In this document: positions 26,915 through 39,226 of the stretch, in pieces
Numbering within the stretch: position 1 is the stretch's first letter
Layout: each line of letters begins with the position of its first letter
Origin: Chrysomallon squamiferum
Taxonomy: Eukaryota > Animalia > Mollusca
Direction: 5' to 3'
Assembly: GCA_012295275.1 (NCBI GenBank)
Contig: CM022678.1
Span: 5,084,001 to 5,148,000, forward strand
Length of the DNA stretch: 64,000 nucleotides
Notes under the pieces: model-generated
Told to the model about the DNA's origin: nothing
Seen by the model: the letters and a program-made list of their open reading frames with translations, nothing else
Database searches by the model: none
Translations under genes and position numbers: made by a program

Positions 26915-27300
26915 GTAAGAATATCTTGATTTTTTACTTTCTTTCTCATTTTAATAGTTACAATACTTTTATTTACCATACAATTTAGCTTCAATGTATA
27001 TAAAACTTTGTTAGAGATTGGTCTACTGTTTTAATCATACGGTGATGTTGGGGGAAAAAAAAGTGAAGGGTATAAAATAATAAAGGATTTCATTTTTCTC
27101 ATTATGATATTTCATACCTCTAAACAGTAAAGTTGCATAGTGTGATATGTCTGGATATGCAACACTTATAGGTAATGGCGTTTTCTGCTGATATAAATGG
27201 CTTTGATATTGTTTGAAAACTAAAGGATACATTTAGTTCGTAAGCCAATAAACAGAACCTTTCATGATCCGAAAAAATAGCTATGAGTGTATTTTCCCCA

Positions 27301-27414
<114 letters not shown>

Positions 27415-27641
27415 GGAATAAAAATAAAATGACATCTGCTATTGTTAAAAATTTGAAGACGCACAGTACGGCTTGTGATAGTATTAGTTTACTGTCCTAC
27501 TTTTTCATTAGCGATAACAGATTCCACAAAATAATAATATATTAACTTGAAATATAAAAAAAAAAAAATGTTTGAAGACGTTTTGCAATAAATCAAACTG
27601 CGACCATTTATGATGTTAGCTAAGGCATTTTTACCTTCCAG

Positions 27642-29203
27642 ATTTCTGCGACAGTCGATGGCGTAAGATTTATGAGACCGATGAGAAAGGAGCAGCAGTT
27701 TCCGGCAGCCATGAAGAGCTTTTGACTGCTATCAAACGGGCTGAACCTGTCAAATATCTAATTCCATCATTAGGAAAAGAAGGCTTCATTGGTAACTGTG
27801 ACATTTCTTATCCTAAATATGATCCTTCATATTTGCTTTCCACATCATACATTAGTAAGGCTAACTGGAAAACGTTTGAAGAAGAACCGTATCACCGCCT
27901 CTTCAGATTGACCACATCAGGAAACATAAAGGAAATAAGGTACATAGTGAACAGCTTCAAGGATATAAAACACACTGAGTATAAAGCAGGAATCCAGTGG
28001 TTTGTTAAGAATTCATCGTGCATTTCGCTGCTTCTTGAACATGATCGATACGGGAAAATAACTTATGGTTCATTAGATAAGGTGATATCATCGGTCGTAT
28101 CTGGACACGACGTCAGAGAAGCGTGGTCCAATGGAGGAACGGAACCATGTCGAAATATAAAAATTACAGAAGATGGGATCGTCGTTGGACAATTTGTCTG
28201 GGACGTAACGATAATACAATTCCCAAACTGGAACTTCATGAACGTCTACACAAACTCACACAATGTATGGAACTATTTTAGTCCGGGTATGACGTATATT
28301 AATTATGCGGATATGATGATGAATGGGAGATGGTACGCCGACTCCTGCTGGAAACACGTGTTTACGAATGATGAAAATGGTGATGAAGTAGACGGATCTC
28401 TTTCAGAACTGATCTCTGTCGTTAAAGATGGACACAGGGTGAAGGTAATTATGGGAAACTTCTCGATTGAGGCAGACAACGTGAGGACAAAATCGGGACA
28501 GATATCTGCTCAACTTTTGAATCGTCTCTACGCTGAAAAAGTCGATGGCATATTGAAAGGATTTTGGTTCTGGCAGATGGCGCATACGACAGGAACAGTG
28601 GCGACACTTAAATACTCGCTATTTAACGGTACTTCTGTTGGTGAAGAAACGGAAAAGAAAACAATCAAATGGTTTGTTGACACAAAACCATGGAGAAATG
28701 TTTTGTCAACAAACAAAAGCGGCGATGTAGTATTTGGATCGAAAGCCGACTTGAGAAGCGCTGTTGAAAATGGTGCTGATGTACGCGTGGTTCTTCAGAT
28801 TGATTCCAGCAAACCAGCTTCAAACACTTCCAGGAAAAGACAGGATGACTGGCGGGAAATGGGCGGAGAAGATGGAGGGCTGTGGGACAGACACGGCGGA
28901 TCAGCTGACATGAACGTAAGGAACAGGAGGTCACATGAATGTAAGGAACAGGAGTGGACATTCTTTAAGACTAGCAATCTGGAGTTAGGTCCTTCTGGGG
29001 AGGTTTCTGCCGAGTTACTTCAGAGTGTCAGTACTGAAGAAATGGGATCAAACGAATTGAAAATAAAGAAAGAGGCCTTCTGGAAATACATGATCGTCAC
29101 TACACAAGGTGATGTCGACGTCTCTCAGAGAGGTATAGGAGTAAGCAGAAACGACGGTCACTTTTCTGTTAAATATGCCATCAAATGGTTTGTCAACTAT
29201 TAA
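27642..29203 (+). CDS. Copy B main exon, uncharacterised secreted four-repeat protein (548 aa spliced)
   Basis: Acceptor ttttaccttccag, phase 1, open to TAA. Four repeats of the form W..V...D..G....GS...L..AV..G..V ... TTG ... WFV. AATAAA at 29306. Confidence 0.9.
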
Positions 29204-29235
29204 CTTTTGAACCTTACCACAAACACACACACACA

Positions 29236-29295
<60 letters not shown>

Positions 29296-29856
29296 AACAT
29301 TCAATAATAAAGAAAACTAAAGTTGCTGTTGTTGTTGTTGTTGTTGCTTTTCTTCTTCTTCTTCTTCTTCTTCTTCTTATTATTATTATTACTATTTTTC
29401 TAACGCTTGCTCTCGCTTTTCAATGTTTCTGTGTGTTCCGTGTTTCTGATGAATGTAGCGTATATACAGCTTTTTTCATTACGAAAACGAAAGTTTACTG
29501 TTGAAAGTGTTCCCTTTTTTATTTTATTTTCAAGGCCGAAAGTTTTTCAAATAACATTCAATGATTTAATAACACACTGGCTGTTTTCGGCGTAAAATAG
29601 GGAGACTAAACTAAGTAATTTTTAACTCTTTATATTTGCATCGACTTTTTTATCAATGCAGTCTTACTTAAAATAAAATATACTAAAAACAAATTAAATA
29701 AATGTTCTCAAATGTCAGAAGGACTTAAAATAGCTATTTGAATGGATATCTCAAACAGATTCACAATTAAAAGTGGTCTTTGGTTTACAATCATCGGAAA
29801 AAATGGGATGGATTTAATAAAGACTGTCGAATATATCGTTTTCAAATGTTAAATCG

Positions 29857-29901
<45 letters not shown>

Positions 29902-31023
29902 TAATTAATAAATTAATTAATTACTTGCATTTCAGTTCCCACCCGTTATGTAATTAATTACTTCATCGAATAACATCAAAATTCAGAACTTAATGTCAAG
30001 TCACGGCACTGAGACAAAATTACTAGTCGTGTTTCAACATGACAGCTTGTTTCTGTTTCAAATATTCCTTTCAGTACATCGATAGAAATGTCTGAGTTAA
30101 TTAAAACGATGACTTAACACGCCTACAACGTTATCCAATTCTCACTACAAAACTTGTTTATTTTATCAAGTCTATAACAGACGAAAATTTCATTTGTTTC
30201 TCTACGGTCTGTGCTGATACGGTCAACTTCAGATAAATGTGAAACAGATTTAGTGTTGTAGAAATAAATTAAAGAAATATCTGACAGAATCCAGTTCATC
30301 GCGCATAATCAGTAATTTAGAAATCTTCTGAACACAATCTTCATATATTTTTTTTGTGTTGTTTTCTTCCTTTTTGTTTCTTTTTCGGCATCAAAGACTC
30401 GAGTATCCTGTCGATTGTTTATTTATTTTATTGGTTTCTTTCTTTGTTTATTCATTAATATTTTATTTTTGAATAGAACAATTTCCCAGACAGCCTGTGC
30501 CATGGAGTTTATTCACGGCTGAAATGTGTGGCGTCCATTTTATATCTTCATTTAATAAACTTGACTGTCCTCTGAGGCAATTTCAGCAGGAAACATAAAT
30601 ACATACAACATCTCCTTGACAGTAATAGTAAACAACTCATATACACAAAAACGTGGAGTCTCGTTTTCCTCATGGACACTGACCGTGATTGTTTGGGCTT
30701 CATTCTAATTGTTATCTTCAGCTTAAGAGATTATTTTGTTAGTTCTCGATTCTGACGTACACCGCGTCGTTTCTTTCTGTTTCTAAATGCTAATGCCACT
30801 GAAAATTAGGATTGATCTTCCTGGGATTCAGTGCAATACTTGTGTATACTACCGCCAGTTATACATATCTGTGATATCCCTCTATACAGCTTTATAAGAT
30901 TCTACTTTCAGAAATACGTTAAGAACTACAGGTTGACTTTCAAAAATCCGGCACATCCGGACCTCAGGAGTGCCGGATATTTTTTTGTGGGGTTATGTAT
31001 GCTGTTTATATTTAACAGAAATT

Positions 31024-31646
31024 GTCGAATCCTTTTATTGGATTGTTCGCGTGTTAACTGTCCCAGTCCTGTGCACTATCTGTAAGAGCCTACTAAATTA
31101 TTCAAATTTTGATAGATACGATTCAAAACCTAGCTCAGAAAGTGACCCATCTTGTTCCTTTTAATTTTCGTCGTGGGTAAATACGTTTCTCCGACAAGTG
31201 GCTGCAGACCATCCTGATGGTGCTACCGTAGTTGGGTTCTGTAATGGATAAAACGTAGTAAAGACATGAAAAGTGTTGTAAAATTACTGATCTTAAGAAT
31301 CTACGAAATGCGAACCTGGTTTAGAACAATCTGTAAAAAGTATCAGGTTCAGGAAATACTGACTTGTGACCTAAAGCGTTTTCATCCGTTTTAATTTCTG
31401 TAGCATACAGTTCCAATATTTAACCCTCCACTGAAACTGTGATGTCACGACCGTTCAGTTCAGAGTTAGTAAGCACCATTTTGCTTTCCTTTATTGCTTC
31501 TTCAGTAAACTCGCTAGGAGAAAGTTGCAGCCGACAAGCAGACTTTTTAGTAAACCATTGGATTCCCTCAGTAGAGCCGTTCATCTGCATCTATTCGTTC
31601 CTGTCATCTTTGTAGTACTGTTTCGAATAAAATCCATTCGTGCAAA
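31024..31646 (-). pseudogene. Inverted, divergent pseudogene of the four-repeat family
   Basis: Minus-strand translation gives GIQWFTKKSAC (vs GIQWFVKNSSC), CRRNVFTHDEN*KEQDGSLSEL (vs CWRHVFTNDENGDEVDGSLSEL), LNRIY and QIVHRTGTV (vs QMAHTTGTV). Phase-1 ttttag acceptor at 31647-31648; stops and deletions present. Confidence 0.85.
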
Positions 31647-31762
31647 CTAAAAAGAAAGCGAAGACAGTGATCGTTTACAAAAGTCTTCGAGACATTGTTA
31701 TTCATATGCCTTCGTGATACTAAGCAAATACGGTCTCCATTATTGTAATTAAAAAAAAATAT

Positions 31763-31846
31763 CTGCAGCATAGTCTTCAGTGCCTCAAGATGGAATCAGA
31801 AACCTAACTGGATTACTATTAGATACAGCAAGCAGAAGACCCTCAC
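31763..31846 (-). pseudogene. Probable decayed signal-peptide exon of the inverted pseudogene (paralog at 22150-22233)
   Basis: Reads RVFCLLYLIVIQLGF, then a frameshift. Ends GCAG/at, consistent with a mutated phase-1 donor ~115 nt above the acceptor. Confidence 0.45.
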
Positions 31847-34631
31847 ATTTTTTATTGGAAATTTTGTGTTGCTTGTTTCGTTTTAATTTTCTTTACACGA
31901 CAAACAGTTATCTCACTATAAACCTGTGTGTATAACACGGTTGTCCAAACTGAGATTTAAAAAGCATAGAAACTAAAAGGATAAAAAAAAAAAAAACTTT
32001 CGTTATTTCGAAAATGAAGATGGAGAACAAAAAATAAAATTAAATATATAAATAAATATCTGAGAAGTTCTGCTTCTAATATGAAAAGCAAAACCTCAAA
32101 TAAATACATAAAGATACCAAAATCCAAATAATTTCTACATTCTTATACTATATTTTCGGCCACGTAAAAAACAAAACTAATTCTATTAATATATAATAAT
32201 TAAAAAAAAAGGAAAAAAGAAAGAGGACAAAACATGGACTAAGTCACATCTTCAACAGTTTGATTGACAGTTCTCTTCTACTTGTTTTTCCATGCAATAA
32301 ACAAGAAACATGTGTATATCAGATGTAAATTCAATTTCATTCACAGCAGTAAATTTTAATAAAGTCATCTGGCTAATGGGTAATCAATATTTTAGATAAA
32401 TGAGTATCTATAGGTACAAATTGTTTTACGTCACTAGAATATTTCACAACAGTTAATACTAAGTTCCAGTAGACTTCATTAAATGTTTCAAATTGTCTTA
32501 AATATTTTCAGCTTTTCAGAATCGTAAAACATTTCCTAAATGATTGATAACAATACTTTAATGCTATTCGCGTGATCACGTGACATAACGTGTAGGTAGA
32601 TTTTACGACAGGACTACGTTGATCGTAAAAGTCTAGAATAATAAATAATATATATTCATGTGTGTGTTTCTTTGTGTGTGTGTGTTTGTATTTGTCAAAA
32701 TATGACAAAAAGAGGTTTTGTCGGAAAGAACTAAAGTGAATTATTAATACCACTTTAAGGAGCAGTATTTCTGATCTCTTATGCTTTGTCTTAATAGAAG
32801 ATACAACAATTTAAAAAAAAAACAAACAAGAAAAATGATTTAATTGGTCTGTAGCTTTTATAAAATCCTTTAGTACTGACTCCCTAAAGTAACACAATGA
32901 AAACCTTTACAGAAGGATCTAACTGAAGTCTGTTTCGCTATCGGAAAATACATTCTTTATTTTTATAAACGGAATTCAAAAGTTGGACACAAACATGTTC
33001 CTATTTAATCCTTGCATTATTTCCTTTCACTTAAATGTTTCCCACAGTTACTTTCATTTTCTCAAATTTAGACAGTAGATTTGTTTTCAATAAGAGAACC
33101 GTGTTTTTCCTTTCCATCTTTGGTGTTGGTGAACTCTGTCAAACCAGTTGTCTGTGTGGTATGCAGCGAGACACAGGATTCCAGATCGTATGCATTTACG
33201 ATATCATTTAGTAACAATTTATCTGTTAGATATGTATGTGATAACGAATTTATATCGATATGTAATCATTATAACTAAATTAATGGTTTTTAGTGTGAGT
33301 ATATGAATGTCACTGAGAGACGTTTATTATGTTTCGTGACTTTCAAGAAGATAATATTAATAATTATTGAAAATGTACTTAATCATCGCAAGATGTGTGG
33401 GAAAAGAAAATAGTTGCTTGATAGATACTAACTGAAGAATAAAAATTAATAATAATATAAAAGTATACGTAAATAGATAATGAAACTCTGATGATTTTCT
33501 TTTGAATATCTACAGTGTTTGGCAGGTACAAAAAACGCATAACGACTGCAATTTTGTAATATTAATTTAGTAAGAATGCAAAAGAAACCTTTATTCAAAT
33601 AAACTAATAAGTACGTGAGGATTCATAGGCTATTCAAATATTGATTATCCATTAGCCACATATCTTTTTATTTTTTATTTTCATAACATTATATCTCATT
33701 GTAATTTAAGGTTATCAGAATATTGCTGTCGTGAAATAAATTACATTAACATCTGTTATAACCGTGTTTCTCAGATTGATGCTGATAAACCTATACATCG
33801 TTTTACAGGTGACGAATTTTACTGATCTGAAATAAAGAAAATGAAAATGAGAGAGTAAAATGTATCTCGGTTACATTTTGTTTAAATTTTATTTTTGTTT
33901 CTTTGTTTTCATTATTTTTTTTTTTTTTTTTTATTTATTCTTTTCATTTCTTTCTCTGCATTGTCTCGTTTCTTCTTTCATTTTTAGTTTGTTTTTGATT
34001 TTTGTTGTTGTTCTTCTTGTTGTTGTTTTTAGATAAACGTCAGTAAAACGTAATTAGTATGACGATGATTAAACTTATTCCTCATCGAGTTTTACGAATT
34101 TTTGGTACGTGAAAATTTAAACCTTTCAGATAGGTTGATTGTACTGTGAATTTCTTTCTTGTTCAATCTCAGAAAAGAAAACATCATTCATTCCGCAAAC
34201 ACGGTTCGATCTATGAAAAACAAATTTTATTTTAATAATGTTTCAGGAATCATTATTTAATCACGTTCTGTCATTCATATCCTTCTCAATGTTTAAGTTA
34301 ACTTCAAAAATTACCACTGTCGCACACAAATATAAATAAAATAAATATTTATACGATGTATTGCGAAACAGAAAATAGATATTTTTAACCAAAATCTTTG
34401 CTGTTTAATATCATAGTAATGTTTTCCAACAAATTAACCTGATTGATTCAGGATTAAGTTACAAAACGGATTAAGTTACAAAATGGACAATGCACAAATA
34501 TATTAATCGAGTCTGTTCATTATCTTGAAACTTTATTACGAGGAAAGGTTGACGATAAATCTGAAATATATCACAGTTAGTTCGTACTTTTTTATTGATT
34601 TCTAAAGACAAATAATTTTAATCAAACCTAA

Positions 34632-34790
34632 GATCATTTGACTGAAGGCCACGTATAGCGATTTCAAGCTGTGATGTAAGAGAAAAACTAATTATCTGCT
34701 GATTTGAATATTTCTATAAAATTAACACAGTCAGTGAATTTGTCACATTTGAAGATAATTGCAGACATAGTGAGCTAGTCAAGGGTAAGT
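34632..34790 (+). promoter_or_regulatory. Putative TATA promoter and non-coding exon 1 of copy C
   Basis: TATAAA at 34715; donor AAGG/gtaagt at 34784/34785. Confidence 0.6.
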
Positions 34791-36038
34791 CCAATTCATA
34801 AATAAGCAACACTGGTGAGATCTGAACATTTGTATTGGAAATTTTGTCTTGCTCATTTATTTATTTTTTTTTTTAACGGTTTCATTCTGATTATAGTTGT
34901 CGAAATAGTAACGCAGATTAGCAACTTTTTCCATAAACATTCAATTATTTTTCTTAGTTACGTTATTGTTATTTGAATACCAAATTGTCGAAAAAATGCA
35001 GATATCATTTGTAGTTATTAAAATTATTAATATCACCAGCAGCTGGCCATTTTCAAATCGGTGAAATGCCTGTAATTTATCAGAAATATAACTAAGAGAC
35101 ATGTTGTTGTTTTTTTAAATTATTTTCTGTATATGCGAGCTGGTGTATTAAAATTAAAAGAACTTATTATTATTATTAGTAGTAGTATTAGTATTAGTAT
35201 GATGATGACACATCGATCAAAATATCATGGCCATAACTAGACTCTTTTCGAAATAAGGCATAAAGGTCGAACGGAGTGTGACAAACACATTTGGGCGTGG
35301 GTCTGGGGGTAATCAAGAATATACATAGCATTAGGCGAGAACCGCGTTAATTCATCAGGTATTTGATAAACAACATACGCTAACCATTGTCATAAACGAA
35401 TTCATTCAGTGGATATCGTTTCTATCGGAACAGCGATTTATATTTTATATTTTTTTAAACAAAATCTTTGAGTTGAAAAAATAACAATATAAATAATAAA
35501 TATCATCAACATCGGTATGACACATTTGCCTGATTTGCCGGATTTGCCTCAGTGTAATTACGACAGAGAATGCACACAGATATAGATCGTTGAAAATATC
35601 TCTGTCCGTGCTTGCTATAATGTGTTTCAATTTAATATGACTGTTAATTTAAATTATAACATCCGTCAATAGGTAGAGTTATATGGTTTCAAATAACGCA
35701 TGGAGATTGTATCAATAAGTCAGGCAATATTGTAAAGTTACGTTGAAACCACGAAAAGGCTATGATTTTATTTGTCATTATTATAATGTATGAACACTAT
35801 ATCAAATAAATAAAGTGAAATAAAATAAATAATGTATATGTAATACTGAATAATAAAATAAAACAATATCAAAAGCATATATAACATAAGAAAGTATTAT
35901 ACGCCTGTATTGGTATTAATTTCATATAGTATATTGTTTTAATTGATATTTGAATATTCGCTTGCATTCTTTTTTCTCCTCTTCTAAATTTCATATTTTA
36001 ATAATAATAATAATAACAATAATAATAATAATAATAAC

Positions 36039-36071
<33 letters not shown>

Positions 36072-36099
36072 TAAAAATCTATTTTAGGCTGAGTCCATT

Positions 36100-36184
36100 A
36101 TGAAGGCTGTTTCAAATCTACCACTCTTTGCGAAACTTTTACTAGTTATTCTCACAACCGAGACAGCACTTTCTGAGCAATGTG
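36100..36184 (+). CDS. Copy C signal-peptide exon (MKAVSNLPLFAKLLLVILTTETALSEQC)
   Basis: Acceptor attttag at 36087, 85 coding nt, donor gtaaga. Confidence 0.85.
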
Positions 36185-36570
36185 GTAAGAACATCATGAC
36201 TTCCTTTCTTGCTTACTCACTTTAATATTTATTATACTTTTATTTTCATATTGTTTAACTGTAATTTAAATAAAACTATGTTAGAGACTGGACTTCTGTT
36301 TTAATATAGACGGTGATGTTGGGAAAGAAAAAAAAACGAAGGGTATAAATTAATAAAGGATTTCATTGTTCTCGTTATTATACTTCCGATATGTAAACAG
36401 TAAAGTTACCTAGTGTGATATGTCTAGAGATGCAACACTTATAGGTAATGGCGTTTTCTGCTGATGCAAAAGGCTTTGATGTTGATGGAATACTGAAGGA
36501 CACACTTAGTTCGTAAACCACTAAACAGCACCTCTGACGACTCGAACAGATAGCTATGAGTGTGCATCCC

Positions 36571-36638
<68 letters not shown>

Positions 36639-36902
36639 TAAAAATAAATAAAAGTACACCTGTTATTCTTATAATTTTGGAAAGACAAAATACGGCATTC
36701 ACTGAGTTTGTAATATAAATATTTTACTCTCCTACTTTTTAATTAGCGATGATAGATTTCACCAGAAAAAAAAATAAAAATAAAAATAAAAAACATTTTA
36801 AAAAAATGTTCGGACCCTAGGTTCGATTTGGCTGAAGATGTGTTTCCCTCCATTAAATAGCGCCGATTTTATTAGTTTGGTCGATGATTTTTCACCTTTC
36901 AG

Positions 36903-38464
36903 AATTCTGTAGCAGTCGATGGCGTAAAGTTTATGAGAACGACGACAAAGGAGCAGCTGTTTCTGGTAGCTTTGACGAGCTTTTGGCTGCTGTCAAACGG
37001 GCTGAACCTGTAAGATATCTAATTCCATCATTAGGAGCAGAAGGCTACGCTGGTAACTGTGACACGACTATTCCCTCCAGTGAAGTTATCGTTTTTGTTT
37101 CAACGTCATACATAAGTAAGTCCAGCTGGAAAACGTTTGAGAAAGAACCGTATCACCGCCTCTTAAGAATGTCCACAATAGGACCGATACTTGAAAACAG
37201 GTTCAATGTGAACAACTTCACACAAAGAAGATACATCGAGTATAAAGCAGGAATCCAGTGGTTTGTTAAGAATTCATCGTGCATTTCGCTGATTCTGGAA
37301 CACAATGCGAGAGGCGAAGTAACTAATGGCTCATTAGAAACAGTAATCTCATCAGTCGTATCTGGACACGACATCATAGAAACGTGGGTCAACGTATTGA
37401 CGGAACCATTTCGAAACATAAAAGTGACCGAAGAGGGGATCGTCGTAGGACAACGTATCTGGGACGTAACGCTGAGAACAACTCCTCGTTGGGGCTTCAC
37501 AGACGTCCACACAACCGGATTGTCTCTAATGTACTCTTATTTTCCCGGTCAGACGTATATTCAACGATTTAAAGTGCAGCCGAAGGGGAAGTGGTACGCC
37601 GACTCCTGCTGGAGACACGTGTTTACGAATGATGAAAATGGTGATGAAGTAGACGGATCTCTTTCTGAACTGATTTCTGCCGTTAAACGTGGGAACAGGG
37701 TGAAAGTTGTTATGGGAAACTTCTCCATTGAGGCGGACAGCGTGAGGACAAAATCGGGACAGATATCTGCTCAGCTTTTGAATCGTCTCTATGATGAAGA
37801 AGTGGATGGCAAATTGAAAGGATTTTGGTTCTGGCAGATGGCGCATACGACAGGAACAGTGGCGACACTTAAATACTCCCTATTTAACGGTACTTCTGTT
37901 GGTGAAGAAACGGAAAAGAAAACAATCAAATGGTTTGTTGACACAAAACCATGGAAACATGTTTTGTCAACAAACAAAAGCGGCGATGTAGTATTTGGAT
38001 CGAAAGCCGACTTGAGAAACGCTGTTGAAAATGGTGCTGACGTACGCGTGGTTCTTCAGATTGATTCCAGCAAACCAGCTTCAAACACTTCCAAGAAAAG
38101 ACAGGATGACTGGCGGGAAATGGGCGGAGAAGATGGAGGGCTGTCGGACAGACACGGCGGGTCAGCTGACATGAACGTAAGGAACAGGAGCTCACATGAA
38201 TGTAAGGAACAGGAGTGGACATTCTTTAAGACTAGCAATCTGGAGTTAGGTCCTTCTGGAGAGGTTTCTGCCGAGTTACTTCAGAGTGTCAGTACTGAAG
38301 AAATGGGATCAAACGAACTGAAGATAAAGAAAGATGCCTTCTGGAAATACATGATCGTCACTACACAAGGTGATGTCGACGTCTCTCAGAGAGGTATAGG
38401 AGTAAGCAGAAACGACGGTCACTTTTCTGTTAAATATGCCATCAAATGGTTTGTCAACTATTAA
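36903..38464 (+). CDS. Copy C main exon, secreted four-repeat protein (548 aa spliced)
   Basis: Acceptor ttttcacctttcag at 36902, phase 1, open frame of the same length as copy B. AATAAA at 38545. Confidence 0.9.
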
Positions 38465-39135
38465 CTTTTGAACCTTACCACACACACACACACAATTACA
38501 CACGGAGACACACACACACACACATACATATAGAAGCATTTAATAATAAAGGAAACTAAAGTTGCTGTTGTTGTTGTTGTTGTTGCTCTTCTTCTTCTTC
38601 TTCTTCATCTTCTTCTTCTTCTTCATCTTCTTCTTCTTCTTCTTCTTCTTATTATTATTATTATTACTAATTGTTTTAACTCTAGCTCTGGCTTTTGAAT
38701 GTTTCTATGTGTTCCGTGTTTCTGCTGAATGTAGCGTATATACAGCTTTTTTTTCATTACGAAAACGAAAGTTTACTGTTGAAAGTGTTCCCTTTTTTCT
38801 TTTATTTTCAAGGCCGAAAGTTTTTCAAATAACATTCAATGATTTAATAACACATAGGCTGTTTTCGGCGTAAAATAGGGAGACTAAACTAAGTAATTTT
38901 TAACTCTTTATATTGCATCGACTTTTTTATCGATGCAGTCTTACTTACAATAGAATATACTAAAATAAAATTAAATAAATGTTCTCAAATGTCATAATGA
39001 CTTAAAATAGCTATTTGCATGGATATTTCAAAGCGATTCACAATGACAATTGGTCTTAATAAAGGATTTAATAAAGAGGGTCGAAAAAATAGTGTTTAAC
39101 TGTTAATTTTCTTCATTTTGCTAAATCCTTTTATA

Positions 39136-39226
<91 letters not shown>

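Noticed and set aside
27722-27724. ORF-track starts for copies B, C and E (27722, 36884, 52677)
   Set aside because: Not true starts: conserved phase-1 acceptors and an upstream ATG signal exon define the N-terminus.
28403-29236. Antisense ORFs conserved across copies (MSTPVPYIH..., MFVDKT...)
   Set aside because: By-products of near-identical sense CDSs.
30770-30790. Minus-strand NRKKR furin-like site in spacer relics
   Set aside because: An alternative frame aligns better to the family and this frame contains stops; probably an A/G-rich coincidence.
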